Source of the DNA: an uncultured Planctomycetia bacterium
GTDB taxonomy: Bacteria; Omnitrophota; Gorgyraeia; JABMRG01
Direction of reading: 5' to 3'
Assembly (NCBI GenBank): GCA_964634945.1
Contig: CAZWMG010000005.1
Location: forward strand, 16,306 to 80,305
DNA length: 64,000 nucleotides
Shown in pieces: positions 40,497 through 49,918 of this stretch. How positions within the stretch are numbered: position 1 is the stretch's first letter; each line of letters opens with the position of its first letter. The notes beneath the pieces are model-generated. The model searched no databases and had not been told where the DNA came from. It was given only the letters and a program-made list of their open reading frames with translations. The position numbers and the translations under genes were made by a program.

Positions 40497-42516
40497 CTTT
40501 AATATCTTTACGAGCTTGCTTGGGCTCTTTTTTAGCGGCCTTATCTTCATCCAAGGCACTCTTGGATTTAGTCGTTTTATCAAGGCCTATATCTTTAACA
40601 ACCGGTGCAGGTAGGCCTGCTGCCTCACGCGCCTCTTTCACGCTTAAGACCTCTTTTTCCAATAGAACATCCGCTAGATTGATAAGCTTTTCCTTATTAT
40701 CTTTTAAAAGGCTTCTCGCGTGATTATAAGCGCTATCTACAATACTGTGGACTTCCTTATCAATAAGCTCAGCTGTCTGGTCACTATAGTTTCTCTCCTC
40801 GGTGATATCGCGCCCTAAAAATACCTGATGATTCTTTCTTCCGAATGTAAGGTGGCCCAGATTCTCGCTCATCCCAAACTCGCATACCATCCTACGCGCT
40901 GTCTCGGTAGCGACCTGAAGGTCATTATGCGCTCCTGTGGTAATCTCTTTAAATATAATCTCTTCACTGGCCCTGCCGCCTAAAAGCACAATAAGCCTGC
41001 TAACAAGCTCTGTCTTGGAGACGATATACCTATCTTCAACAGGCAGTTCCATGGTATAGCCTAAAGCTGACGTGCCTCTTGGAATGATTGAGACCTTATG
41101 AAGTTCTTCAGCACTTGGCATAAGAAGCCTTGTAAGGGCATGGCCTGATTCATGGTATGCGACTATACGCTTTTCTTGCTTGCTTATAACGCGGCTCTTT
41201 CTTTGAGGCCCTGCCATAACCCGCTCGATAGATTCCTGGAGTTCACTTGAAGTAACGGTATCTTTGCCTCTTCTTGCAGCTAAGAGCGCCCCCTCATTTA
41301 TAAGGTTGGCGAGATCGGCACCTGAAAAACCGGGCGTCTGCTTGGCGATAGCTATAAGGTCCGCGTCCTTATCCATCTTTACATCCTTTGAATGGACCTT
41401 TAATATAGCCTCTCTTCCATTTATATCGGGGCGGTCTATTACGATCTGCCGGTCAAATCTTCCCGGACGCAAAAGCGCGGGGTCTAAAACATCAGGCCTA
41501 TTTGTAGCGGCTATTAAGATAATACCTATCTTTGTTGAAAACCCATCCATCTCAACTAAGAGCGCGTTTAATGTCTGCTCTCTCTCGTCATGACCTCCAC
41601 CTATGCCAGCGAAACGTTGCCTACCGACCGCGTCTATCTCATCCATAAATATAATAGCGCCTTTGCCGCCTACCTTAGCGGATTTCTTTGCCTGCTCAAA
41701 AAGATCTCTTACCCTGGCGGCACCGACGCCAACAAACATCTCAACAAAATCAGAACCACTGATATTGAAAAAAGGAACTTCCGCTTCACCTGAAACAGCC
41801 TTGGCAAGAAGTGTCTTGCCGCATCCCGGAGGGCCCATTAATAGAACACCTTTAGGCATCTTGCCGCCGAGACGTTGAAACTTCTTAGGGTCCTTTAAAA
41901 ATTCTATGACCTCCTGCAACTCTTCCTTTGCCTCATCTACACCGGCAACGTCCTTGAAAGTAACCTTTGCCTTATCTCCTTGTATGAGTTTCGCTCGACT
42001 CTTTCCAAATGAGAGTATCTTCCCAGCTCCTCCACCAGCTCCTCCGCCACGCAAAAAGAAAAACCACATGAGCCCGAAGAAAAGCAATGTTGGCCCTATT
42101 GTATAGACAATAGTTGAGAGAAAAGTCTTTGTAGGCTTTACTGTCACATCAGAAACATTACTTCGTATAATTTTTATAAGATCCGTATCATTAGGGGGGA
42201 CATTTACACTAAATCTTGTTCCATCGGAGAGTTGTCCGGACATCTTCTCTTCCATTATAACAACCTTGGATATCTTCTGTGTAGAGGCGTTCTCCTCCAA
42301 GGCCCTGTAAAACTCGCTATATGGCATCGCCCTCTGAACGCCACCCATGCCATCCATGGACATTGAATTCATCCTAAAAAGCATAATAAATAGAATTATT
42401 GTGATCGCCCAGAATATCATACCCGGGGGATTATTCTTACCCGGGGGCTTTATCTTAGGGAATTTACTATTTTTATTAGATTTTTTAGTACCTTTGTTCT
42501 TATCGCCATTTGCCAT
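40462..42516 (-). CDS. ftsH: ATP-dependent zinc metalloprotease FtsH
   Basis: Two N-terminal TM helices, Walker A GPPGCGKT, second region of homology, and the HEXGH motif (HESGHAL). Confidence 0.95.
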   Translation of the reverse strand: MANGDKNKGTKKSNKNSKFPKIKPPGKNNPPGMIFWAITIILFIMLFRMNSMSMDGMGGVQRAMPYSEFYRALEENASTQKISKVVIMEEKMSGQLSDGTRFSVNVPPNDTDLIKIIRSNVSDVTVKPTKTFLSTIVYTIGPTLLFFGLMWFFFLRGGGAGGGAGKILSFGKSRAKLIQGDKAKVTFKDVAGVDEAKEELQEVIEFLKDPKKFQRLGGKMPKGVLLMGPPGCGKTLLAKAVSGEAEVPFFNISGSDFVEMFVGVGAARVRDLFEQAKKSAKVGGKGAIIFMDEIDAVGRQRFAGIGGGHDEREQTLNALLVEMDGFSTKIGIILIAATNRPDVLDPALLRPGRFDRQIVIDRPDINGREAILKVHSKDVKMDKDADLIAIAKQTPGFSGADLANLINEGALLAARRGKDTVTSSELQESIERVMAGPQRKSRVISKQEKRIVAYHESGHALTRLLMPSAEELHKVSIIPRGTSALGYTMELPVEDRYIVSKTELVSRLIVLLGGRASEEIIFKEITTGAHNDLQVATETARRMVCEFGMSENLGHLTFGRKNHQVFLGRDITEERNYSDQTAELIDKEVHSIVDSAYNHARSLLKDNKEKLINLADVLLEKEVLSVKEAREAAGLPAPVVKDIGLDKTTKSKSALDEDKAAKKEPKQARKDIKDAKKDPDSPQV

Positions 42517-42577
42517 TTTTACCCTTTTGTTGTTATTATATTATATATGTTAGATTATATATAATAACAGATTGTCC

Positions 42578-43978
42578 CTACCTTGTCAATAATTCCAATC
42601 TTAGCGCTTTCTTAGTATGAGAGCTTATTTTACAGACATCTGAGATCCTAATGCCGCAGAGCCATAGTAGCTCACCTCTTGATGAAGCTACAAGCGGTAT
42701 CCTATTTCTATTTTTTAGAGGCACTTTCTCATCAATAAAGATATCCGATACCTTCTTATATCCTTTCATGCCAAGGGGCCTTATCTTGTCCCCTTGTTTA
42801 AAGGTTCTTACGATTAAAGGAAGATCTAGTTTTTCCACATCAAAATATTCAACATTTTTGCGCTTCTTTGAAAAATTAGATACATGGTTAATGTGCCTGG
42901 TCTTAAGCAACCTCCTGCCAAATTTTGTCGAACCGGGTATCTTAACGATAACGCGCGGCATCTCTCTTTTTTTAGGCACTCTAATATCAACAAAACTAAA
43001 CCTTACGCTCCTAGCGCATTTTCTCAATGCTATCTTTCGAGGTAGATAAAGAATAGAACCCGCGGGCCTGGTATCAATTAATGACTCTATCTCTTTATAG
43101 TGTTTGTAATCTATGCCTTCAAGCCCATTGCACATCTCCTGTATGATCTTTCTTATCACTGCCCTCTTAACGGAAGGGTGCAGCTTCGCGAAACCAACAA
43201 GGCTCAATACGATGCTGTTCTTGCCTCTCTTCTTAAACGCGCCCTTAAACTCCTCTTTATGCTTAAGCCCTATATACTCATAATCCTTATCTAGTAAGTC
43301 AACAAGCGTCGATAATGTGGACTTTATTTTAGGGGCATAATCTTTTTCTATCAAAGGTAATAATTTTAAGCGTATCTTATTTCTGAAAAATTTGGTATCG
43401 GAATTAGATCTATCTATTCTGGGGGATATCCTCTTTTGACTGATATATGTCTCTATATCTTTTCGGGATATCTCAATCATGGGCCTTATCAACCGCGCCT
43501 TGCCAAGGCTGCTCTTTGGAGGGATACCGCGTAACCCCTTAAGCCCTGTGCCCCTCAATAGCCGCATAAGGACCGTCTCTGCCTGATCATCCTTTGTATG
43601 CGCGGTAGCGATCACATCAATATCAAAATTGTCAGTAATCTCATTAAAGAACTTATACCTCAAGCGCCTCGCGCCATCTTCTATGGAGAACTTATTTGCC
43701 TTCGCGAATCTTCTGGTATCATGTCTCTTAGTAAAAACAGGTATCTCTTTGCGCCTGCCAAGCGTCTCAACATAGGACTGATCCAGATCGGATTCTTTTC
43801 CACGCAAGGCGTGATTTAGGTGTCCGATAAAAAGCTTTAATCCCATCCCGGATGCTATCGCCTTAACTAAATAGAGCATCGCGACAGAATCGGGGCCGCC
43901 TGAGACACAGAGCAAGACCCTATCTCCTTTTTTTAACATGGAATACTTGGCTATCGTATCACTTATTTTATTGATCAT
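42578..43978 (-). CDS. tilS: tRNA(Ile)-lysidine synthetase (start trimmed to MINKISD...)
   Basis: LLCVSGGPDSVAM PP-loop. The ORF-track N-extension of 45 aa is cysteine/phenylalanine-rich and unlikely to be coding. Confidence 0.85.
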   Translation of the reverse strand: MINKISDTIAKYSMLKKGDRVLLCVSGGPDSVAMLYLVKAIASGMGLKLFIGHLNHALRGKESDLDQSYVETLGRRKEIPVFTKRHDTRRFAKANKFSIEDGARRLRYKFFNEITDNFDIDVIATAHTKDDQAETVLMRLLRGTGLKGLRGIPPKSSLGKARLIRPMIEISRKDIETYISQKRISPRIDRSNSDTKFFRNKIRLKLLPLIEKDYAPKIKSTLSTLVDLLDKDYEYIGLKHKEEFKGAFKKRGKNSIVLSLVGFAKLHPSVKRAVIRKIIQEMCNGLEGIDYKHYKEIESLIDTRPAGSILYLPRKIALRKCARSVRFSFVDIRVPKKREMPRVIVKIPGSTKFGRRLLKTRHINHVSNFSKKRKNVEYFDVEKLDLPLIVRTFKQGDKIRPLGMKGYKKVSDIFIDEKVPLKNRNRIPLVASSRGELLWLCGIRISDVCKISSHTKKALRLELLTR

Positions 43979-44009
43979 GGTATTAGATGTGTTACGCGGA
44001 ATAAAAAGG

Positions 44010-44480
44010 CTACCCCAGACGCACGCTAATGTATGTAAGGAAAATAGCGAAAAAGAGCAGCACAAGAAAAAATAGAAGGATGACTTTTGGTTTTCTGTGC
44101 AGCCATAGGACATGGCGCTCTATCATCTTCTGATTATCAGACTCTATCTCATCATACTCTATGCCGAAGATATATGTATCAAGGATATATTCCGATACTT
44201 TTTTTGACCATCTGACAGTAGCGTAAGAATCTGTAGCAAGAGCGCTTGATGGGATATTTATAGTAAGTTTAAGCCTTGTCTTTTTAGGGGTGAGCTCAAA
44301 GGGGATCTTGCCCTTTTCCGCTTTTACCTCCAGACACATACCTCCCTTGCCGACATTGCGCGTAAAGCCCTGAATTATGGATGAGATGGCCTCCTTCTTC
44401 TCATCAATAAGCTGAAACTCTATAGGAAAGATGCCGCCCAATCGAATATAATTTCTTCTGTTTTCCGAGGTTCTTTTCAT
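44010..44480 (-). CDS. PilZ-domain protein with C-terminal TM helix
   Basis: RRNYIR (RxxxR) and NVGKGG ((D/N)x(S/G)xGG) about 29 aa apart, then a hydrophobic tail VILLFFLVLLFFAIFLTYISV. Confidence 0.5.
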   Translation of the reverse strand: MKRTSENRRNYIRLGGIFPIEFQLIDEKKEAISSIIQGFTRNVGKGGMCLEVKAEKGKIPFELTPKKTRLKLTINIPSSALATDSYATVRWSKKVSEYILDTYIFGIEYDEIESDNQKMIERHVLWLHRKPKVILLFFLVLLFFAIFLTYISVRLG

Positions 44481-44725
44481 ATTTACAATTCTATAACAAA
44501 AGCAGCCAAATGTAAACTCAAAAGACTTATTTTTAAGAAGTATTACAGTATCATCACAGGAGTATAGCAGGTATGGGTAATGGCATAAAACTTATGCATC
44601 TATAAACTGAAAAGATGTTCTTGAAATACAGAAGCGCTCTTACTTTAAATAAATCCGAATCCGGATAACAAAATTAAAAAAATCCTGATTCCGCATATGT
44701 TAGGTAGCGTCTGGCCTGATTACAT

Positions 44726-46180
44726 CTAGTAGATAATAATAAGATATCCAACCGCTATTGCTATATATATCCCCCATACCCCTGCAAGTAGGATGGCCCG
44801 CCATACAGGGGGCGCTGCCCATCGCGGAAACTTTATTGGGAGCAATCGATAATTAAGATAAAAAAGCACAGGAATAAACAATACAAAGGCAAATATACTT
44901 ACTACACCGCCTATTTGAATTAAAATACCTGGTTTTGCCAAAGGCATAGTAATGCATGTAATGGCAATTAGAAAAATGAGCCAAAAATAATACCAATAAC
45001 TAAATGTTTTTCTTCTTGCCTGAATAAAATGTGAGCGGGTAAAATCAGCGAATTTACGTGATGCTCCATCAGCGGCGGCAAACCACGAGTCACCAAGAAA
45101 AGCTGCGGCAATAACCAAAAACAAAACCTTTCCTATAGCGCCCAACCATTGATAAAAAAACTCTGATTGCACTACTGCGATCTTCCATCCTGCAGGGTAA
45201 ATACCCTTCGGAGCAAGCAAAGATAGCGCGAGCCAGGTTGTAATCATAACAGTAAATACGTTAATCAAAATGCCAAAAAGATTATCATAACGTAAATATC
45301 GTTTCCATGCCTGCCAGTTCTTTTTGTTTTCCCAGGTATCATCGAAATACAAACCACTATTAACAAATGGTTCTCTATCGTCCTCGCTATGAGCTGTGTG
45401 AACTTTTTCCGCATAATAAGCCATACCAATGCCCTTGTCCTTAATCCAGTAGGAATACATGAGAGTGAAGAATCCACCTAATCCCGCAAAGGCAAGAGCA
45501 GTAACAAGTTTTGATGCATCTGACGGATCCCAATTAGCGGGAATAGTGACGCTTAAAGGGTTAAAGAAGGCGGCAAAAAAGTTTTTTGATGTTGCAAAAA
45601 CCTGTTGCTGGAATAATGAAACAGCAAGTCCAATAACAGTTATGCCCACAATGGCTTTCATGAAGTTTTCTAAGAGCTTATAGACACGGGAAGATTTAAA
45701 CATTCCGAATGAAAAGATAGCAATAGTTATATACCCCCAGAACAAGGATCCTGCACGTGCGGAAAGACGGGGAGGAAAATGTGTTAATTCATAAAGCGCG
45801 GTACCGCCTGCGCTGGCGTAACCTCCAAACCATAGAAGAGAAATAAAACAAAGAGCAAAAAGAGGAATTGAATACCATATTCCAAGACGCTTGAATCCTG
45901 CCCAGATTCCTTCTCCTGTTAAGGCAGTATAACGTATGACTTCAGCATTGACAAAAAATTGTATAAGGCAGGCAGGTAAGAGTAGGCCAATAAATGAGAG
46001 TCCGTATTTTGCGGCAAGATAAGGCCACCATATAAGTTCACCACTGCCCTGCGCAAAAGAGGCCCAGATAAAGGCAGGGCCGATCATGGCAAGGATACTA
46101 AGCGGCATCTTTGGAAGTGGCCTCTTTTGTAGGTCCGACACCCTACTATTGCTATTCTCAGGCATAATATTACCTCTCAC
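44726..46180 (-). CDS. Multi-pass membrane transporter, divergent Nramp-like
   Basis: 484 aa with ~11 TM segments. The TM1 region IGPAFIWASFAQGSGELIWWPYLAAKYG parallels Nramp (L)[24 protein letters not shown] but lacks DPGN. Assignment is from memory. Confidence 0.35.
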   Translation of the reverse strand: MRGNIMPENSNSRVSDLQKRPLPKMPLSILAMIGPAFIWASFAQGSGELIWWPYLAAKYGLSFIGLLLPACLIQFFVNAEVIRYTALTGEGIWAGFKRLGIWYSIPLFALCFISLLWFGGYASAGGTALYELTHFPPRLSARAGSLFWGYITIAIFSFGMFKSSRVYKLLENFMKAIVGITVIGLAVSLFQQQVFATSKNFFAAFFNPLSVTIPANWDPSDASKLVTALAFAGLGGFFTLMYSYWIKDKGIGMAYYAEKVHTAHSEDDREPFVNSGLYFDDTWENKKNWQAWKRYLRYDNLFGILINVFTVMITTWLALSLLAPKGIYPAGWKIAVVQSEFFYQWLGAIGKVLFLVIAAAFLGDSWFAAADGASRKFADFTRSHFIQARRKTFSYWYYFWLIFLIAITCITMPLAKPGILIQIGGVVSIFAFVLFIPVLFYLNYRLLPIKFPRWAAPPVWRAILLAGVWGIYIAIAVGYLIIIY

Positions 46181-46203
46181 ACCCCTAAGCCAAGAATTAA
46201 ATC

Positions 46204-46249
46204 AAGAACGGTTCTCAAGCACAGGTACCTGTGATTGAGAACCGTTCTT
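46204..46249. repeat. Palindromic repeat copy A (22-bp arms, one mismatch) between tRNA-Met 3' end and the transporter start
   Basis: AAGAACGGTTCTCAAGCACAGG-TA-CCTGTGATTGAGAACCGTTCTT. Confidence 0.7.
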
Positions 46250-46255
46250 AAGAAA

Positions 46256-46332
46256 TGGTGGGCCCGGTAGGACTCGAACCTACGACCAATTGATTATGAG
46301 TCAACTGCGCTAACCAACTGCGCTACGGGCCC
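46256..46332 (-). tRNA. tRNA with anticodon CAT (elongator Met, or Ile2 if lysidine-modified); not initiator-like
   Basis: GGGCCCGTAGCGCAGTTGGTTAGCGCAGTTGACTCATAATCAATTGGTCGTAGGTTCGAGTCCTACCGGGCCCACCA. G1-C72 pairs and there are no three G-C pairs in the anticodon stem. Confidence 0.85.
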
Positions 46333-46399
46333 AAAAATGATTGAAAGCGATTATATCATAGGCATAATAGCTTTACAAGAAGAAAAATATAAATTTTAA

Positions 46400-46447
46400 C
46401 CAAGACCGGTTCTCAAGCACGATCGGTCGTGCTTGAGAACCGGTCTT
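46400..46447. repeat. Palindromic repeat copy B (22-bp perfect arms, loop TCGG); likely terminator of the upstream zinc-finger gene
   Basis: CAAGACCGGTTCTCAAGCACGA-TCGG-TCGTGCTTGAGAACCGGTCTTG, followed on the minus strand by GTTAAAATTTATATTTTTCTTCTT. Confidence 0.7.
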
Positions 46448-46457
46448 GAGACAATCT

Positions 46458-46742
46458 TTACTTCTTAAGTTCCTCCTTGGCAGGCATATCAAAGGCAGCC
46501 TGCAAGGCGTACATACAATCCTGGCAGTTATCTATATGCTTGCGCATGGCCTCCTTCTGCTTGCCGTCAATCCTTCCTTCTATGTAATTTAGGAAAGTCT
46601 TAGGGTCCGGGCAAGGAGCTACGTTGACAACATTAGCCTTTCCAATATCTTTAATCTTAGGCTCTCTTGTATTCTTCCGGATCGCCTTGTAAAAAGCGTA
46701 TACAAAATAAATTATTAATAAAAAGAGTACGAAACGTATCAT
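46458..46742 (-). CDS. Small membrane protein with C-terminal HxxxCxxC zinc-finger motif (anti-sigma-factor-like zf-HC2)
   Basis: N-terminal TM FVLFLLIIYFVYAFY, then ...CPDPKTFLNYIEGRIDGKQKEAMRKHIDNCQDCMYAL. Confidence 0.45.
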   Translation of the reverse strand: MIRFVLFLLIIYFVYAFYKAIRKNTREPKIKDIGKANVVNVAPCPDPKTFLNYIEGRIDGKQKEAMRKHIDNCQDCMYALQAAFDMPAKEELKK

Positions 46743-46768
46743 TTTGTGGTTATCAACCTTTCTTCTGC

Positions 46769-47335
46769 TTAATCCATAAAAAAACTGATCTTTATTTTCT
46801 CAGGTATAGGCTTTCTTGCGGGATTCATGGTAAAGACCTGAACAAAATCTTTATATTTTCCGACCGCGTTATTAAAATATTCCGTACTTGAGGCAAATTT
46901 ATTTCCGTTTTGGTCCGTAATAATCAATTGTTTGCTCTGGCGCATCTTCTTATCAGGCAGGCCATTGTCAAAATCAGCCCTACAGATAATTACCAGCATC
47001 TCTATATCACCCGCAGGGACAGCGAACGCTCCCACGCCATATATAAATACGTTATCGTATTGACTATAATCTGAGGCCTCTGATGCATAGAAATGCACCA
47101 AGGCATCCTTGCCCTTAATACAGGAGATCTTCATTACAGAGAATGTTCCTTTAGGAAACGTCTTACTAATGCCCGTAACAGTACCTCCCAACGCGGGCAT
47201 CTCAACATCCATTGTCAGTACCGGCTTTCTCGAATCTCCTGCAAGGCTCTTGATCTGAGAAATTCCAAGAAGAGTGCCAAACAACACACAAATTATGATT
47301 ATATTTTTAAAATAAGGTATCATTCTATGCCTCAT
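46769..47335 (-). CDS. Hypothetical exported protein (N-terminal signal/anchor)
   Basis: 188 aa with hydrophobic segment IIIICVLFGTLLGISQI. No recognisable family. Confidence 0.5.
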   Translation of the reverse strand: MRHRMIPYFKNIIIICVLFGTLLGISQIKSLAGDSRKPVLTMDVEMPALGGTVTGISKTFPKGTFSVMKISCIKGKDALVHFYASEASDYSQYDNVFIYGVGAFAVPAGDIEMLVIICRADFDNGLPDKKMRQSKQLIITDQNGNKFASSTEYFNNAVGKYKDFVQVFTMNPARKPIPEKIKISFFMD

Positions 47336-47390
47336 AAAAACGAAAACAATCCTCTTGCTTTTTAGGATTGCTCTAATATTTAATAAAACA

Positions 47391-47534
47391 TTATTTGCCT
47401 TTTTCCAGCTTGTTCATCGCGTTATCTAATACGCTATCGCAAGTAAAGGTCTTTTTATAATCAAAATCCTTAACAACCTTATAGAGCCCCCATACTAAGG
47501 CTGCTATTATGATAATTGTCAGTAGTTTTCTCAC
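47391..47534 (-). CDS. Small membrane peptide (47 aa; GTG start with AAGGAG 8 nt upstream); below the ORF-track size cutoff
   Basis: VRKLLTIIIIAALVWGLYKVVKDFDYKKTFTCDSVLDNAMNKLEKGK*. Confidence 0.4.
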   Translation of the reverse strand: MRKLLTIIIIAALVWGLYKVVKDFDYKKTFTCDSVLDNAMNKLEKGK

Positions 47535-47581
47535 TCAAGCCGCTCCTTACTATGTGTTAACTCTTTTCTTTCTTCTCTTTT

Positions 47582-47779
47582 TTAGCTTTTTTTGAATATC
47601 TTTATAACCGGGGGTATAGAGAGCACTATACCGAGCAAAAGGATCCACAAGCCAAAACCTCTTGCGCAGCTAGATATCAAAACACCTATACCTATTCCCG
47701 CAATAACCTTGGATGACACAAACAACACAAACATCGGATTCGGTAATGCCTTTACCTTATTAAGTATGCCCATATACAC
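47582..47779 (-). CDS. Small membrane protein (65 aa, two hydrophobic segments)
   Basis: MYMGILNKVKALPNPMFVLFVSSKVIAGIGIGVLISSCARGFGLWILLLGIVLSIPPVIKIFKKS. Confidence 0.45.
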   Translation of the reverse strand: MYMGILNKVKALPNPMFVLFVSSKVIAGIGIGVLISSCARGFGLWILLLGIVLSIPPVIKIFKKS

Positions 47780-47799
47780 CTCTCTTTTTTTCTTCCCCT

Positions 47800-47976
47800 T
47801 TATTGCTGCTCAGGTGTTACGGAAGGGCTAAAATTCTGCGCGCATTTTGACATCGCCTGCATGCGCTTATCCTTACTCATACCGCACATCCTAAGCTTCG
47901 CGGTCTTTGCAACGGTTAAAACAAGTGCCGCTATAACAATAAGAACTATTATCTGTCCAAACAGCTTCCAAGTCAT
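47800..47976 (-). CDS. Small membrane peptide (58 aa; GGAG SD); below the ORF-track size cutoff
   Basis: MTWKLFGQIIVLIVIAALVLTVAKTAKLRMCGMSKDKRMQAMSKCAQNFSPSVTPEQQ*. Confidence 0.4.
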   Translation of the reverse strand: MTWKLFGQIIVLIVIAALVLTVAKTAKLRMCGMSKDKRMQAMSKCAQNFSPSVTPEQQ

Positions 47977-48009
47977 ATCTCTATCTCCTTTTATTTAATT
48001 AAAATAATA

Positions 48010-48318
48010 TCAGTACTGATGGGTAGGCTCAGACCCCTCAACCTCCCAGTCACTTTCAAAATCCCTTCGCCTTAACATAACCCTCTCTGTGCCGAAACCA
48101 TGATTTATATCTATGCGCGCTCCGGATCTGGCTATTATGGTATTTCCGAAAGTCAGGTCAGCAATATCGCAATCGTATTTTTCAGCGACATATTTCATTG
48201 CCAACTCCACGGGCATCTTGATCTCCGGATCTATCTCTTCCTCTGTCGCGAAAAGCGCGCTTGATGTTACGCAAAACAACATAGATAAGATGAGGCTAAA
48301 ACATATAAATCTTTTCAT
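48010..48318 (-). CDS. Hypothetical secreted protein (signal peptide + ~78-aa acidic domain)
   Basis: MKRFICFSLILSMLFCVTSSALFA | TEEEIDPEIKMPVELAMKYVAEKYDCDIADL... Confidence 0.5.
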   Translation of the reverse strand: MKRFICFSLILSMLFCVTSSALFATEEEIDPEIKMPVELAMKYVAEKYDCDIADLTFGNTIIARSGARIDINHGFGTERVMLRRRDFESDWEVEGSEPTHQY

Positions 48319-48394
48319 AAAATCCCCTGTTTTATATATTATACTCTCTTAAGAGGCTTTGTTTCAAGGAAATAGTAATAGGTGTGAATTTTTT

Positions 48395-49918
48395 CTACGA
48401 TACAAAAAGGCTATTGGTAGAAAAGTTTGGTTCTGTAGTAAGGTTTATCCCTAGCCTTCTTAGGCCCGCTTCATCACCCGGGGTAGGTATATGCGTAATA
48501 TGGACCTCACATCCTGAGAGATCCTTTAGCTTATCCATGCACAATTTAGAGGTTGGGTTTGTAGTAGCGCTTATGCTTAAGGCTATCAGCGCCTCTTCAA
48601 GGTCAAGGCTTACGCTTTTTTGGCCTGAGATATTTTTCTTTAAGTCTCCTATTGATTCTATTACAGTAGGCGACAATAGATGTATCTTATCCGGTAATCC
48701 TGAAAGCACCTTAATCGCGTTTAATATTAAACTTGATGTCGCGTGCATAAGCGGGAAATTTTTTCCTGTTACAATTGCGCCATTTTTAAGCTCTATCGCT
48801 GCCCCACAGAATATCCCTTCATTTCCTTTTTTTTGGTTTTGCGCCTCTTTAGCGGCCTTTTGAGCGGGTAATACCACTTTTCTGTTCTCAGGTTTTATCT
48901 TTAATTCCTTCATAAGAGACTCTACGCTCTCAACAGCCTCTTTTTCCACAAGCCCGAGTATATACTCACAGGAATATCTGAAATAACGCCTTATAATCTC
49001 CTGTTTGGCAGCCTCACAAACAACCGCATCGTCAATGATACCAAAACCCGCGCGGTTAACACCCATATCAGTAGGCGACTTATACATCGATTCGTCACCT
49101 GTTATCTTTTCAAGTATCCTCTTAAGCACAGGGAATACCTCAACATCACGATTATAATTAATAGTAGTCTCATTGTATGCCTCTAAATGAAAAGGGTCTA
49201 CCTGATTAAAATCTCCCAGATCCGCTGTAGCTGCTTCATAAGCTGCGTTGACAGGATGCTTAAGCGGTATGGACCATATCGGAAATGTCTCAAATTTCGC
49301 GTAACCGCTTTTTTTGCCTTTTTTATAATCATGATAAAGTTGCGTAAGGCATGTGGCAAGCTTACCGCTTCCCGGCCCCGGAGCGGTAACTATAACAAGC
49401 GGATTTTTTGTCTCTATATACGCGTTTGTTCCATAACCTTCATCACTAACTATCTTGTCCACATCCTTTGGATACCCCTTGGTCACACTATGCGTGTAAA
49501 CCTTGACGCCTCTGCGCTCAAGTTTATTCTTAAATATCTTAGCTGCCGGCTGATCATCAAATCGCGTTATCACAACAGCGCGTATATTTATGCCCCAGCC
49601 CTTTAAGTCATCTATAAGCTTAAGGGAATCTACGTCATATGTAATACCGAAATCCGCCCGTATCTTTCTTCGTTCGATATCTCCGGCGTATATGCAGAGT
49701 ATAACATCGGCCTTATCCTTAAGTTTTTGGAATAACCTCATCTTTACATTCGGGTCAAATCCGGGCAAGACCCTTGAGGCATGATAATCGTAGAGTATCT
49801 TACCGCCAAATTCCAGATAGAGTTTATCGTCAAACTTTGACACCCTCTCTAAAATAGCCTTTGTCTGCTCCTTTAGATACTTTTCATTATCAAAGCCGTG
49901 CTTGATTGAGGTTATCAC
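48395..49918 (-). CDS. UPF0371/DUF1846 family protein (function unknown); its start overlaps the purF stop (ATGA)
   Basis: 507 aa. [26 protein letters not shown]...[26 protein letters not shown]... [26 protein letters not shown] ... [24 protein letters not shown] resembles UPF0371 proteins as recalled. Confidence 0.65.
   Translation of the reverse strand: MITSIKHGFDNEKYLKEQTKAILERVSKFDDKLYLEFGGKILYDYHASRVLPGFDPNVKMRLFQKLKDKADVILCIYAGDIERRKIRADFGITYDVDSLKLIDDLKGWGINIRAVVITRFDDQPAAKIFKNKLERRGVKVYTHSVTKGYPKDVDKIVSDEGYGTNAYIETKNPLVIVTAPGPGSGKLATCLTQLYHDYKKGKKSGYAKFETFPIWSIPLKHPVNAAYEAATADLGDFNQVDPFHLEAYNETTINYNRDVEVFPVLKRILEKITGDESMYKSPTDMGVNRAGFGIIDDAVVCEAAKQEIIRRYFRYSCEYILGLVEKEAVESVESLMKELKIKPENRKVVLPAQKAAKEAQNQKKGNEGIFCGAAIELKNGAIVTGKNFPLMHATSSLILNAIKVLSGLPDKIHLLSPTVIESIGDLKKNISGQKSVSLDLEEALIALSISATTNPTSKLCMDKLKDLSGCEVHITHIPTPGDEAGLRRLGINLTTEPNFSTNSLFVS

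Noticed and set aside
46181-46255. Riboswitch (Mn2+, yybP-ykoY type) upstream of the Nramp-like transporter.
   Set aside because: The leader is only ~75 nt and is dominated by a perfect 22-bp palindrome. There is no multi-helix junction or conserved riboswitch motifs recognisable by eye.
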